A DNA stretch of 64,000 bases from an uncultured Gammaproteobacteria bacterium (GTDB taxonomy: Bacteria > Patescibacteriota > Microgenomatia > UBA12405). The notes beneath the pieces are model-generated. The model ran no database searches. It had not been told where the DNA came from and worked only from the letters and a program-made list of their open reading frames with translations. This document shows, piece after piece, positions 27,538 through 38,096 of the stretch (position 1 is the first letter of the stretch; each line of letters opens with the position of its first letter). The stretch lies in contig CAYPBP010000002.1 of NCBI GenBank assembly GCA_964408995.1, positions 32,491 through 96,490 on the forward strand. The letters run 5' to 3'. The position numbers and the translations under genes were made by a program.

Positions 27538-27756
27538 TTAATCTACTTTTTCAGTTAGAGAGTCAGCTCTTGAAGAAGTTATTACTTCTTGATTTGATAA
27601 GTTACCTTTTAGAATTACTTCTCCTTTTTCAGGATAGACCGGTGCTTGAATAACTGTAAATACTTCACGTGGATTACTATTTTTATCTAAAAAAACAGAT
27701 TTTACTCTAACTTTATTTCCAGCAATAATTCCTAATTCATATGGTGATGGTGTCAT
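27538..27756 (-). CDS. Hypothetical small protein
   Basis: 72-aa ORF just upstream of gatB. No motif recognised. Confidence 0.3.
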   Translation of the reverse strand: MTPSPYELGIIAGNKVRVKSVFLDKNSNPREVFTVIQAPVYPEKGEVILKGNLSNQEVITSSRADSLTEKVD

Positions 27757-27783
27757 AATTTTGTATTTTAATTAAAAATAAGT

Positions 27784-29235
27784 CTATTTTAAAAGTTTTT
27801 CTAAAATTTCTTTAGCTATGGATGGATTGGCAGAACCATTAGAGGCTTTCATAAGTTGACCAATTAAAAAGCCAATTGAAGCAGGATTCTTTTTGTAATC
27901 CTCCACCGCTTTTGGATTGTTAACAATCACCTCTTTTGCAATTTTTTCTATTTCAGAAGAATCAGAAACTTGGATTAAACCTTTAGATTTAGCAATTTCG
28001 ACTGGATTGACTCCGCTTTGGTAACTTTCAATGATTACTTGTTTGGCAACAGTTGAGGAAATTTCTGATTTGGAAACGGCAGTAAATAAATCAAAGAAAA
28101 ATTGAGAATTAATTTTTGATTCATCTAGATTTTCTCCATTTTCATTTAAGTAAGTTTTGATGGCACCTAAAAATAAATTAGCAGTAAATTTGGCGAACTC
28201 TGGTGAATTATTATCGCCTAAAGCTTTTTCATACATTTTTGAAAAAGTTAAATCTTCGGTAATTACTTGAGCATCATAATCACTTAAACCAAGAGTATTT
28301 TTATATCTTTCTAATTTTTGATCTGGAAGTTCTGGAAGAGAGGCTTTAATAGCAGCAATTTGGTCATCAGTAAAAGTAATTTGAGGAATATCTGGCTCGG
28401 GGAAATAACGATAATCAGAAGAACCTTCTTTTTCGCGTTGTAAAAAGGTTTGATTTTTATCAGCATCCCAACCTCTAGTAGTTTTATTAGTTTTTGATTT
28501 TACTTCACCTGTTTTTTGGAATTCTTCGAGTTGACGATTAAGCTCAAAATCGATAGCATTTTGAACACCAGTTAAAGAAGCCACATTTTTGATTTCGGCC
28601 AATGGTGTATAAACTTTTTTATTGTCATCAGTTTCTATTTCTAAATTAATAGTTGGCTCACAGCGCATACTACCCTCTTCAATGTCAGCATCGGAAATAC
28701 CGATATATCGGACGATTTGTTGGATTTTGAGTAAATAATCTTTAGCCATTTTTGCGGAGATAATATCTGGCTCAGAAACGATTTCCACCAAAGGAACACT
28801 GGAACGGTTGTAATCAATTAAAGTTAGATCTTGTCCATTTTCATTAATGTGAATAGACTTGCCAGTATCCTCTTCCATGTGAGCCCTGTTGATTCTAATT
28901 TTGTGACCATCAATTTCTATAAATCCGTTAACAACAAATGGTTTTTCTAATTGAGTAATCTGGTAACTTTTTGGTAAGTCTGGATAAAAATAATTTTTTC
29001 TTTCAAAAAAACTTGTTTGATTTGGAGTGCAGTTTAGGGCTAGACCAAGTTTGACACACCACTGGCACGCCACCATATTTGGTACAGGAAGAGCACCCGG
29101 AAGTCCAAGACAAGTTGGACAAGTGTGAGTATTAGGCTTTACATGGAAATGAGAAGCATCACAACTGCAAAACATTTTAGATTTAGTTTTTAATTCAATG
29201 TGGACTTCAAGACCGATGATGGGAGTTACTTTCAT
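27784..29235 (-). CDS. gatB: Asp/Glu-tRNA amidotransferase subunit B
   Basis: MKVTPIIGLEVHIEL...CPTCLGLPGALP and the C-terminal GatB/YqeY domain. Confidence 0.95.
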   Translation of the reverse strand: MKVTPIIGLEVHIELKTKSKMFCSCDASHFHVKPNTHTCPTCLGLPGALPVPNMVACQWCVKLGLALNCTPNQTSFFERKNYFYPDLPKSYQITQLEKPFVVNGFIEIDGHKIRINRAHMEEDTGKSIHINENGQDLTLIDYNRSSVPLVEIVSEPDIISAKMAKDYLLKIQQIVRYIGISDADIEEGSMRCEPTINLEIETDDNKKVYTPLAEIKNVASLTGVQNAIDFELNRQLEEFQKTGEVKSKTNKTTRGWDADKNQTFLQREKEGSSDYRYFPEPDIPQITFTDDQIAAIKASLPELPDQKLERYKNTLGLSDYDAQVITEDLTFSKMYEKALGDNNSPEFAKFTANLFLGAIKTYLNENGENLDESKINSQFFFDLFTAVSKSEISSTVAKQVIIESYQSGVNPVEIAKSKGLIQVSDSSEIEKIAKEVIVNNPKAVEDYKKNPASIGFLIGQLMKASNGSANPSIAKEILEKLLK

Positions 29236-30695
29236 AATTGTGGCCTTTTTAAATGGAAATCAGTAATTTTTTGATATTGGTGACCAATAGAAAGAATTTT
29301 TGATTCTTCAAAAAAGTTACCAATTAATTGGAAACCAACTGGAAGATTGTCTTTGGTAAAACCACAAGGAATAGCTAGCGATGGAACTCCGGCAACGTTA
29401 ATACAAACTGTGTAAACATCGGCTAAATACATTTCAAGTGGATTATCAGCTTTGGCACCAATTTCCCAAGCTGGAGTTGGAGAAACTGGAGCTAGAATAA
29501 CATCAACTTCGTTTAGAATATCCGTAAATTCTTTTTTGATTAGAGTTCTGACTTTGGCAGCTTTGGTGTAATAAGCATCATAATAACCAGAAGACAGAGC
29601 ATAAGTACCAATAATAATACGACGTTTAACTTCTGGCTCCATAAACTCACCTCTAGTGTTCATATAATAAGAAACGATATCAGTGTCGGGACCATTGCTT
29701 TGACCAAAACGAAGACCATCGTATCTAGCCATATTAGCTGAAATTTCTGAGGGAACCAAAATGTAATAAGCAGCGATACCTAGATCAGTACTAGGAAGAG
29801 AAACTTCTTTTAAGATAGCTCCTTTACTTTCAAACAATTTGGCTGCTTCCATAACTTTATTTTTGACTTCTTCATTTATAGCACCAGTGAAATATTCTTT
29901 TGGAAGGCCAATTTTTAAGCCAGATAAATTTACACTGTCTAATAGAGCCGAATAGTCAGGAATATCTTGATTTATGGAAGTGGCATCGTGGGGGTCATTG
30001 CCAGCAGTAATTTTGGTAACAGCGGCAATATTTTCGACTGATCTGGCAAAAACTCCGGGACAGTCAAAAGAAGAAGCCATAGCAGTAATACCGTAACGAG
30101 AATTAAGACCATAAGTTGGTTTTAGACCAGAAACTCCACATAGTGAGGATGGTTGACGAATGGATCCACCAGTGTCGGTGCCAAGAGCAAAATTACATAG
30201 ATCAGCAGCCATGGCAGCAGCTGAACCGCCAGAAGAACCACCTGGAACTAATTTTTGATTCCAAGGATTTTTAGTGGTGAAGAAACCTGAGTTTTCAGTG
30301 GAACAACCAAAAGCAAAAGGATCGGTGTTGGTTTTGCCAATAATTATGGCATCTTGATCAATTAGTTTTTGGTAAACAGTGGACGAATATTGAGGAATAT
30401 AATCTTTTAGAACTTGTGAACTAGAAGTGGTTTGAATTCCTTTGGTTAAATAGATGTCTTTAACAGCCATGACTGAACCGGCTAATTGACCTAGAGTTTC
30501 ATTCTTGGCAATTTTTTGATCAATACCTTCTGCTTGAGACAGGGCTTCTTTCTCGGTGATAGTAATAAAAGCTTTAATTTGGGGATCAATTTTTTTGATT
30601 CTATCTAAGAAAAATTGGACTATTTCTTGGGCAGTGATTTTTTTATCTAAAAGTAATTGTCTTAATTCTTTGATTGATAAAGTAGAAAAGTCCAT
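29232..30695 (-). CDS. gatA: Asp/Glu-tRNA amidotransferase subunit A (amidase)
   Basis: Amidase signature GGSSGGSAAAMAADLCNFALGTDTGGSIRQP. I place the start at MDFSTL, 1 nt after the gatC stop. The track's longer start overlaps gatC. Confidence 0.93.
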   Translation of the reverse strand: MDFSTLSIKELRQLLLDKKITAQEIVQFFLDRIKKIDPQIKAFITITEKEALSQAEGIDQKIAKNETLGQLAGSVMAVKDIYLTKGIQTTSSSQVLKDYIPQYSSTVYQKLIDQDAIIIGKTNTDPFAFGCSTENSGFFTTKNPWNQKLVPGGSSGGSAAAMAADLCNFALGTDTGGSIRQPSSLCGVSGLKPTYGLNSRYGITAMASSFDCPGVFARSVENIAAVTKITAGNDPHDATSINQDIPDYSALLDSVNLSGLKIGLPKEYFTGAINEEVKNKVMEAAKLFESKGAILKEVSLPSTDLGIAAYYILVPSEISANMARYDGLRFGQSNGPDTDIVSYYMNTRGEFMEPEVKRRIIIGTYALSSGYYDAYYTKAAKVRTLIKKEFTDILNEVDVILAPVSPTPAWEIGAKADNPLEMYLADVYTVCINVAGVPSLAIPCGFTKDNLPVGFQLIGNFFEESKILSIGHQYQKITDFHLKRPQL

Positions 30696-30696
30696 A

Positions 30697-30996
30697 TTAT
30701 TTTTTGATAGTGTTGGTAACGACAAAATAGCCATCTTTAGTTTGATTGGCAGTGGAAAGAGCTTCTGTTTGGGAAAGTGAATCTGTAACTATATCTTGAC
30801 GTAAAACATTTAATTGAAGATTGACTTGATAAGTTGGCTTGATATTGGTGGTATCAACTTTATTCAAAACATCAAAATATTCTAAAACAGATTCCAGTTG
30901 AGGTAAGAAAGTATTTTTTTCAGAATCAGTTAGTTTAATTCTGGCTAATTTGGCAATATGATCTAAATCGGATAAAGAAATCTTTGGGTCGGCCAT
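30697..30996 (-). CDS. gatC: Asp/Glu-tRNA amidotransferase subunit C
   Basis: 99 aa. DLDHIAKLARIKLTDSEK...LESVLEYFDVL. Confidence 0.85.
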   Translation of the reverse strand: MADPKISLSDLDHIAKLARIKLTDSEKNTFLPQLESVLEYFDVLNKVDTTNIKPTYQVNLQLNVLRQDIVTDSLSQTEALSTANQTKDGYFVVTNTIKK

Positions 30997-31009
30997 AGTC
31001 TATTTTACC

Positions 31010-32053
31010 TTATTTTCTTAAAATTTTGGCTTTGAGACGAAGGAGTTTCCAGCGAACTTTATCAACAGTGTTATAAACTTTATATAAAGCTGGGTTGATA
31101 ATTAAATCAAAAGTACCCACATATTCGACTAATTGACCACCATATCCTTGTTTAAATCGATGAAAACCATAACCATTTTCGTTTTCTTTGGCCCTTGGAC
31201 CAAGACAGCCCCACATATCAAAAGATTTGCATTTTAATTTTTGACCAAGACGAATTACTTCCCACATTAACAAAGTTGGAGCCATGGCTTGTCGATTAAC
31301 ATCAAGAGAAGCACCATAAGGATAAAAAATCTTGTCCCCTACTTTAAATATCATAAAAGCAGAAAGAACTTGGTTTTGGTAAGAAGCCAACATAATGTGA
31401 ATCATGCCAGTGTCTTTTAATTTTTTCCATAAATCTCGATGGTATTGTTGAGAATGAAGATAGAAACCTTGGCGCTTGGTGGTGTCAAAAAGTAATTTTA
31501 AATAAATTTCAAAACCTTTGTCGTCAGTTTGCTCACGAACTTCAACACCATAACGATTGGCAACTCGAATATTGTAACGAGTTTTGGGATGCATTGATTC
31601 TAAAATTTGAGTTTCTGATTGATTTAAATTGACTAATAAATTGTGAGAGTAAAAAGCAACTTTAGGTGATTTTTTGAGATGACTAAAATGAGGTTTTTGA
31701 TTAACTAAAGTTTCATTGCCAAGACTATCAAAATTTTTATAAACAAAATTTGGCTCAAATTTTACAAAAATAGCTTTTTCTTGTTTGGCAATTTTTTTTA
31801 TTTCTTCAATCATTTGATCATCTATCTCTGGGCCACGAAGAATGGTGCCGATGGACAATTTGGTTTTAGGAATTCTATGGAAACTAATAGAATATGCAGA
31901 AACCATTTTTTCTTTATCATCAAAAACACCAAATCGATAGACTTTGTGGCCTTGAGAAGTTTGAAAATCTCCCCAATCCCAAGTTTGAACTGGATGCTTT
32001 ATCAAAGAATCATATTTTTCTTTGTCTTTAATATCCAAGATTTTAGTAAGCAT
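31010..32053 (-). CDS. FemAB-family aminoacyl-tRNA-dependent peptidoglycan cross-bridge transferase
   Basis: 347 aa with the conserved KTRYNIRVANRYGVEV block and a GNAT-like duplicated fold. Confidence 0.7.
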   Translation of the reverse strand: MLTKILDIKDKEKYDSLIKHPVQTWDWGDFQTSQGHKVYRFGVFDDKEKMVSAYSISFHRIPKTKLSIGTILRGPEIDDQMIEEIKKIAKQEKAIFVKFEPNFVYKNFDSLGNETLVNQKPHFSHLKKSPKVAFYSHNLLVNLNQSETQILESMHPKTRYNIRVANRYGVEVREQTDDKGFEIYLKLLFDTTKRQGFYLHSQQYHRDLWKKLKDTGMIHIMLASYQNQVLSAFMIFKVGDKIFYPYGASLDVNRQAMAPTLLMWEVIRLGQKLKCKSFDMWGCLGPRAKENENGYGFHRFKQGYGGQLVEYVGTFDLIINPALYKVYNTVDKVRWKLLRLKAKILRK

Positions 32054-32129
32054 AATATAAGTTTATCAAAAAACCCTTTGGTACTTCGTACCACCTTTCC
32101 ATTGACAGGGCACTTTTATTAATAGATAA

Positions 32130-34001
32130 TTATTCCCATTCGGTGGTGCCGGGTGGTTTGGAAGTTAAATCGTAGGCTATTCTGGAAATATTAGGAGTAT
32201 TTTTTAGTATCTCATTAACTAACTCCTCTAAAACTTCTTCTGGAATATCTTTGCCAGGTAGAGCTGGAACACCAGTCATAAAATCGTTAGTAATAAATGT
32301 TCTAATGGCAATCGAACGATTACCATTAACACTAAAAGCAATTGGGAAAGAGACAATGGGAACTTGAGATAAAGTTCTGACTAAAGAATGTTTAAATAAA
32401 ATTTTATTGGCAATATCATCGGCTGTTTGAAGTTGTTTAATAGTTTCTACATCAAGGTATGTTTGAGTAATTTCTTTTATTGGGCCATCAACTTTAGGAC
32501 CAAAAATATAAGCAACTCGATTAATTTGATGAATTTTTTTGGGGATTTCTTGAGCCAAAGCAAATAATTTACCCCAATCTTTTTTACCACTGATAGCAGC
32601 TAGATAGCTATAAGTTCGACCATCTCCTTGAACACCAACTGTTTGAATTGGAAGAAGGGTGACAGATAAATCAGTGGAACAATATTGTTTTAAGGATTCA
32701 TTGATAGCATCAAAATCATCAGTTATAAAAGGTTTATCGGCACAAATTATTCTGACAGCTAAGCCAGGACCGGGAAATGGTTGTCGCCAAACAAGTTCAA
32801 TGGGGATACCTAAGCTGGCACCCAAGGCTCTAACTTCATCTTTATGATAATCTTTTAATGGTTCAATTACTCTGCCCTCGTCTCTTAATTTTCTGACTTC
32901 TGGAGTGTCATTATGGTGAGTCTTAATAGTGGCAGCATTACCGCTGACAACATGAGAAGCACTTTCAATTAAGTCAGGTCTCAAAGTCCCCTGGGCCAAA
33001 ATAACATCTTTGGGATCTAGTTTTAAATCTTGGATAGCTTTTTTTGAAACTCTCATAAAAGTATCGCCAATAATGGCTCTTTTTTCTTCTGAGTTAGTGA
33101 TTTTTTTAAGAGGTCCGACTATTCTTCCTTTAAATTCAGAGGTGCCATTATAGAAATCATTTGAGGCATCAACGACAACTATATTAACTCCAATATCTTT
33201 TAAGATTTTTTTGACATTAACACTTTCATCTTTTCTCATGAAACCATTATCGATATGGAGAGCATAAATATTTTTTGGATCAATTGCTTTGGCTAATAGA
33301 ACTGCACAAACAGTTGAGTCAACTCCACCACTAACTAACATTAAAACTTTTTTATTACCAACTGCATTTTGAATATAATCAATGGCCTGTTTTTGACGAT
33401 CCTCAACCGTGTAATCACCACTAAAACCAGCAATGGAATACAAGAAATTTTTGATAATTTTTTTACCATTTAAACTTAAATCGACTTCTGGATGAAATTG
33501 AACACCATAGAGTTTTTTGGAAGGATTTTCAATGGCAGCAATAATATTATTGTTAGAAAAAGCAATGGCTTTGAAACCTGGGGCTAAAGTATCTGGGGTG
33601 ACACTGTCACCATGGCTCATAAGAACTTGTTCTTTTTTGTCTAATCCAGAAAATAAAGAAGAATCTGGATTAACATCAATAGTGCAAGGACCATCTTCTC
33701 TGGTGGTACCTTTAATGACTTTGCCACCACTTGAGTAATTCATTAATTGCATGCCATAACAAACTCCTAAAACTGGAATATCAAGAGAAAAAATATTTGG
33801 ATCATATTTAGGAGCATTATCATCATCAACACTGTTGGAACTACCAGAAATAATAATGGCTTTATAGTTTTTTAAAACAGATGAAGGAGTATCTAGGGGT
33901 AAAATTATTGATTCTACTCCAAACTCACGAGATCGACGGTCGATTACTTTACCATATTGAGCACCAGCATCAAGAATAGCTAATTTTTCATTATTTGACA
34001 T
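32130..34001 (-). CDS. guaA: GMP synthase (glutamine-hydrolysing)
   Basis: GATase-1 GVCYGMQLM, PP-loop SGGVDSTVCA and the C-terminal ...YDLTSKPPGTTEWE. 623 aa, about 100 aa longer than usual. Confidence 0.9.
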   Translation of the reverse strand: MSNNEKLAILDAGAQYGKVIDRRSREFGVESIILPLDTPSSVLKNYKAIIISGSSNSVDDDNAPKYDPNIFSLDIPVLGVCYGMQLMNYSSGGKVIKGTTREDGPCTIDVNPDSSLFSGLDKKEQVLMSHGDSVTPDTLAPGFKAIAFSNNNIIAAIENPSKKLYGVQFHPEVDLSLNGKKIIKNFLYSIAGFSGDYTVEDRQKQAIDYIQNAVGNKKVLMLVSGGVDSTVCAVLLAKAIDPKNIYALHIDNGFMRKDESVNVKKILKDIGVNIVVVDASNDFYNGTSEFKGRIVGPLKKITNSEEKRAIIGDTFMRVSKKAIQDLKLDPKDVILAQGTLRPDLIESASHVVSGNAATIKTHHNDTPEVRKLRDEGRVIEPLKDYHKDEVRALGASLGIPIELVWRQPFPGPGLAVRIICADKPFITDDFDAINESLKQYCSTDLSVTLLPIQTVGVQGDGRTYSYLAAISGKKDWGKLFALAQEIPKKIHQINRVAYIFGPKVDGPIKEITQTYLDVETIKQLQTADDIANKILFKHSLVRTLSQVPIVSFPIAFSVNGNRSIAIRTFITNDFMTGVPALPGKDIPEEVLEELVNEILKNTPNISRIAYDLTSKPPGTTEWE

Positions 34002-34044
34002 AAATTGATAGGAAATTTTATCACAGATCTGAGGCTAATAATTT

Positions 34045-35982
34045 TTAATAAATATCTGGGTCGTAGATGATGTCATCATCATTTCTTGATTTTGGGTGAC
34101 GATAATCACGAATAATTTCGATACTTTCTTCAAACTCAACTAAATCACCTGGGATATCTGCTAAAAAGCGACTTGGTTCGTTTAAACTGCTTTTGCCAAA
34201 AAACAAACGACGAGAGGCATAAGAAATATAAAGATAATCCTTGGCCCTGGTAATGCCCACATAACAAAGACGACGCTCTTCTTCTATTTGAGCTTCATCA
34301 ATTAAACATCTTGAATGAGGCAAAATTCCTTCTTCAAATCCAACCATAAAAACGACTTCAAACTCTAGACCTTTGGCGCTGTGAAGAGTCATTAATTTAA
34401 CTCCATCTCTGTTTTCTTTTTTCTTATTTTTTTCTTGAAGAGAATATTCTTGCTGGACTAAAGTTATGTTTTCTAAAAAGGCAGTTAAACTTGGATAAGC
34501 AGTGGCGACAGATTTTAATTCTTTAATATTTTCAATTCTCTTTTGATCTTCTTCATCTTTGGTATCGAATTTATCAAGATAACCAGAATTGACAACTAAA
34601 GATTCTAGAATTTGAAGAGAAGTTAAATTTTTTAAATCAATATTTTTTATATGTTCTAAAAGAAGAGATTTTTTACGTTTACCTAAAGCTTTTTGGATCC
34701 TTTCTTCGGAGATATGATCGGATGGATTACTGGTAAAACGAAGCATGGATAAAATATCTTTGACTTCGGCTCGCTCGTAGAAACGAATGCCACCTAATAA
34801 AACATAAGGGATATTAAGTCGTAAAAAAGCTTCTTCCAAAACACGAGACTGAGCATTCATTCGATAAAGAACAGCCATATTCCTTAATGGAATTTTCATA
34901 TTATCATTGATGAATTTTATTTTTTGAGCAATAAAATCAGATTCAGCAACTTCGGATTCGGCTTCAAAAATTTTGATTTTATCTTGGGAAAACTTTTTGG
35001 TAAATAATTTTAAAATTGGATGAGAATTATTTTTGGAAATAACTGAATTGGCAGCATCGAGAATAATCTGAGTCGAACGATAATTTTCTTCGAGATTAAT
35101 AACTTTAGTATTTTTAAAATCAGCAGTAAAACTAATAAGATTACGATAATCGGCTCCACGCCAACCATAGATGGCTTGAGAAGCATCGCCGACAACTGTA
35201 ATTTGTTTATATTTTTGAGCTAAAAGCTTGGTTAAAAGATATTGGATTTGATTGGTGTCTTGATACTCATCAACCATAATGAATTTATAGATTTCTTGAT
35301 ACTTAGCTAAAACCTGTGGATGTTCTAAAAATAATTCAACTGTTTTAAATAAAAGATCATTAAAATCGAGAGCATGAAATTCAAATAATTTTTTTTGATA
35401 AAGAGAGTAAATTTTACTGGCATAATCTTGCCAAAAACCATGGCTTTGAGCAATCATATCTTTTGGAGTTTGAAAAGAATTTTTAGCGGCTTCGATGTAA
35501 TAGAGAACACTTGATGGTTTAAATTCTTTGGTAGTTAGTCCTAATTCGTGAAGAATATTTTTAATTAAATTTTCTTGATCATTAGAATCGTAAATAACAA
35601 AAGTTGGAGGAATGCCAATATTGTTACCATCAATTCTTAAAACTCGACAACAAAAAGAATGAAAAGTTCCCGCCGACAGCTTCGCAGTCTTGGCGGGCAG
35701 GCCCGCTTCGTATCCAGATTTGGCGGGCAAACCGACTTTATTTTTTTCTTTTGAAATTAATTGTTCCATTCTCTTTTTCATTTCATCAGCGGCTTTGTTG
35801 GTGAAAGTTAAAAGTAAAACTTCTGATGGTTTAGCAATTTTTTGTTGGATGAAATAAGCCACCCGATGAGTTAGAACACGAGTTTTACCTGAGCCAGCAC
35901 CAGCCAATAGAAGCAAGGGTGAACCAATATGAGTCACCGCTTCTTTTTGAGGTGGATTTAAACCGTCTAGAATATTAACCAT
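34045..35982 (-). CDS. uvrD: UvrD/PcrA-family DNA helicase
   Basis: LNPPQKEAVTHIGSPLLLLAGAGSGKTRVLTHRVAYF, TFTNKAADEM and the downstream SF1 motifs. Contains a GC-rich in-frame insert at 35668-35736. Confidence 0.88.
   Translation of the reverse strand: MVNILDGLNPPQKEAVTHIGSPLLLLAGAGSGKTRVLTHRVAYFIQQKIAKPSEVLLLTFTNKAADEMKKRMEQLISKEKNKVGLPAKSGYEAGLPAKTAKLSAGTFHSFCCRVLRIDGNNIGIPPTFVIYDSNDQENLIKNILHELGLTTKEFKPSSVLYYIEAAKNSFQTPKDMIAQSHGFWQDYASKIYSLYQKKLFEFHALDFNDLLFKTVELFLEHPQVLAKYQEIYKFIMVDEYQDTNQIQYLLTKLLAQKYKQITVVGDASQAIYGWRGADYRNLISFTADFKNTKVINLEENYRSTQIILDAANSVISKNNSHPILKLFTKKFSQDKIKIFEAESEVAESDFIAQKIKFINDNMKIPLRNMAVLYRMNAQSRVLEEAFLRLNIPYVLLGGIRFYERAEVKDILSMLRFTSNPSDHISEERIQKALGKRKKSLLLEHIKNIDLKNLTSLQILESLVVNSGYLDKFDTKDEEDQKRIENIKELKSVATAYPSLTAFLENITLVQQEYSLQEKNKKKENRDGVKLMTLHSAKGLEFEVVFMVGFEEGILPHSRCLIDEAQIEEERRLCYVGITRAKDYLYISYASRRLFFGKSSLNEPSRFLADIPGDLVEFEESIEIIRDYRHPKSRNDDDIIYDPDIY
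35668..35736. repeat. GC-rich palindromic/tandem element (family C) in-frame within uvrD
   Basis: ttcccgccgacagcttcgcagtcttggcgggcaggcccgcttcgtatccagatttggcgggcaaaccgac, which encodes VGLPAKSGYEAGLPAKTAKLSAG between helicase motifs Ia and Ib. GC far above the local background. Confidence 0.6.
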
Positions 35983-35994
35983 GAGTAGAATTAA

Positions 35995-38094
35995 CTATAG
36001 TTGGTAAAGCTTAGTTTTACCAGACTGAAAAATAACTTGAGCGCCTATTTTTTGAAAATTAGATTCATTTAAGTTGGGATATTTTTCATATTCTTTGGTG
36101 CCAACAAAAATATATTTAATATTATATTTTTGAATTAAACTTTTTAATATATCAATATCTTTACTTTCATAGATAGATTCAACATCGTTTTGACGCTGTT
36201 TTGGTTTGTCATAGCCACCACGCCAAAGCCATTCATGAACAATCCAACCTTGGACTGTTGGTAAACCAGTATTAACAGAAACTTGATTGAAAGTAGTGTA
36301 ACTATCACCAACTGCTTCAAGCATTACTGGTTGACCAGATATATTTTGATTAATCCAATTGATAACTTTAAAATTATCTGGATAATCATTTTTTAAATAA
36401 TTTAATCCCCATAAACCTTTGTAATCTTTTAGACTATAAAAAGATTTAATAGCAAAATAAGGATAGATTAAATGAATAGCAAAAATTAAAGTGAATAATA
36501 TTCCATATAAAGTTTTAAGCCATTTTGATTTTAATAATAATCTGGTTTTATAAAAAACATAACCAGAGACTAAAGAGTACATAATAAAGGCTTGGTAAGT
36601 TAATTTAAACATGGTATTAGCTCGACGATATTCATTAATATAAATATCTTTTAGATAAATTAACTCTGGAATAAAGACTAAAATAGTAGCAGTAATAATA
36701 ACAGCTAAGATAAATAAATCAGAATTAAATAAATTTCTAATTTCTAATTTCCAATTTTTAAAAAAGAATTTTTTAATAAATAAAAATATTAATGGTAAAC
36801 AAATTAACCAAAAACCACCATATAAAATAAACAATTGATAAAAAGGAGTATGACTATCAGCGATATTAATACCCTCGCCCATGGGAATAAAATTTAGGGA
36901 AAAAGGAATAGAAAAAATAAACCAACAAAGAATAGTTAAAAATCCATTGATAAGTGTTTTTTTAAGAGCAGTTTTATAATCATTTTTTAAATTTAAAAAT
37001 AAAGTAAAAATAGCAAAGAGAAGACCGTAAATGGCAAAGTCCCAAGCATTGGTCATATAAGCAATTGAAAGATTAAAACCAGAAATAATAACTAAAGAAA
37101 AATTAATTAATGAAAATCCAACAAAACTAGAAGCAATTAAAAAAGCCATAAAAAATAAAATGATAGGAATGTCATTCATATGACCATGAAGATCGGCAAC
37201 TATAAAACTATAAGCAGGGAATTCATGGATTGTTTTATCTTGAGTCTCGGGATCATAACCAATAAAACGAGTGGCATCTGGATACCAATAAGTATTGGCT
37301 GATTCTAAAATAGCTGATTTGGTTAAAACTAATTTTTCATTATTTTTAATATTTGTTTTGGCAATTTTATAAACAGAGTGAAGGTTGCCACCAAAAGTTA
37401 GAAGTAAGACCGAAATAAGACCAGCGATAATTATTTTTTGAAAGTTAATTTTTTTTAAAGACAAAAAAACTAAATTAGAAGCGATAGAAAAAGTGGAAGA
37501 AAAAGTTAGGGCACAAACAGTGGCAATTGAAAGATTGTAAGTAATAGCTGAACTGATATTACTTAATTTAGTAAGAACGGCAAAAATGAGATGACCAAAA
37601 TAGTAGTAATTAATAACTTCACCAGAAAACCACATATCTTGAGGTGGTAAAAATTTTGACCTTAAAGCAGAATTGACAAATCCCCAATCCATGAATTTTT
37701 CAAGACCTTCTATGTCTGGAGCAAATCCCCTGACCAAAGACCAAGTAAATAAAATTAATAAGAAAACTATTTCTTGAAAAATAAAAGTTTTGTAATTGGC
37801 TTTGATTGTTTTTAGAAAGTTTGAGAAACGATTTTTGGATTTAAGAAAAATAACATTGACTATTAAAATTGAAAATATTATTAAAATTAAAAAAATATTA
37901 GTAAATGGCAAAAGCTTAAAAACTCCACCGATGAAAACTAAATAAGTTAAAACAATAATAGAAATAACTTTTGAAAAGATGTAACCCTTATCCCAAAATT
38001 TATTAAAAAGATAAAAAGTGACAGGTAAGGAAATTAGACCTAGTCCAAAAATCAAAAAGTACCAAGAAAAAATAAAACTAAAATCGGCTAACAT
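35995..38094 (-). CDS. Polytopic GT-C-fold membrane glycosyltransferase-like protein (paralog 1, 699 aa)
   Basis: More than 12 TM helices, a Gly/Trp-rich first loop with acidic residues, and a soluble C-terminal domain. Confidence 0.5.
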   Translation of the reverse strand: MLADFSFIFSWYFLIFGLGLISLPVTFYLFNKFWDKGYIFSKVISIIVLTYLVFIGGVFKLLPFTNIFLILIIFSILIVNVIFLKSKNRFSNFLKTIKANYKTFIFQEIVFLLILFTWSLVRGFAPDIEGLEKFMDWGFVNSALRSKFLPPQDMWFSGEVINYYYFGHLIFAVLTKLSNISSAITYNLSIATVCALTFSSTFSIASNLVFLSLKKINFQKIIIAGLISVLLLTFGGNLHSVYKIAKTNIKNNEKLVLTKSAILESANTYWYPDATRFIGYDPETQDKTIHEFPAYSFIVADLHGHMNDIPIILFFMAFLIASSFVGFSLINFSLVIISGFNLSIAYMTNAWDFAIYGLLFAIFTLFLNLKNDYKTALKKTLINGFLTILCWFIFSIPFSLNFIPMGEGINIADSHTPFYQLFILYGGFWLICLPLIFLFIKKFFFKNWKLEIRNLFNSDLFILAVIITATILVFIPELIYLKDIYINEYRRANTMFKLTYQAFIMYSLVSGYVFYKTRLLLKSKWLKTLYGILFTLIFAIHLIYPYFAIKSFYSLKDYKGLWGLNYLKNDYPDNFKVINWINQNISGQPVMLEAVGDSYTTFNQVSVNTGLPTVQGWIVHEWLWRGGYDKPKQRQNDVESIYESKDIDILKSLIQKYNIKYIFVGTKEYEKYPNLNESNFQKIGAQVIFQSGKTKLYQL

Positions 38095-38096
38095 AA

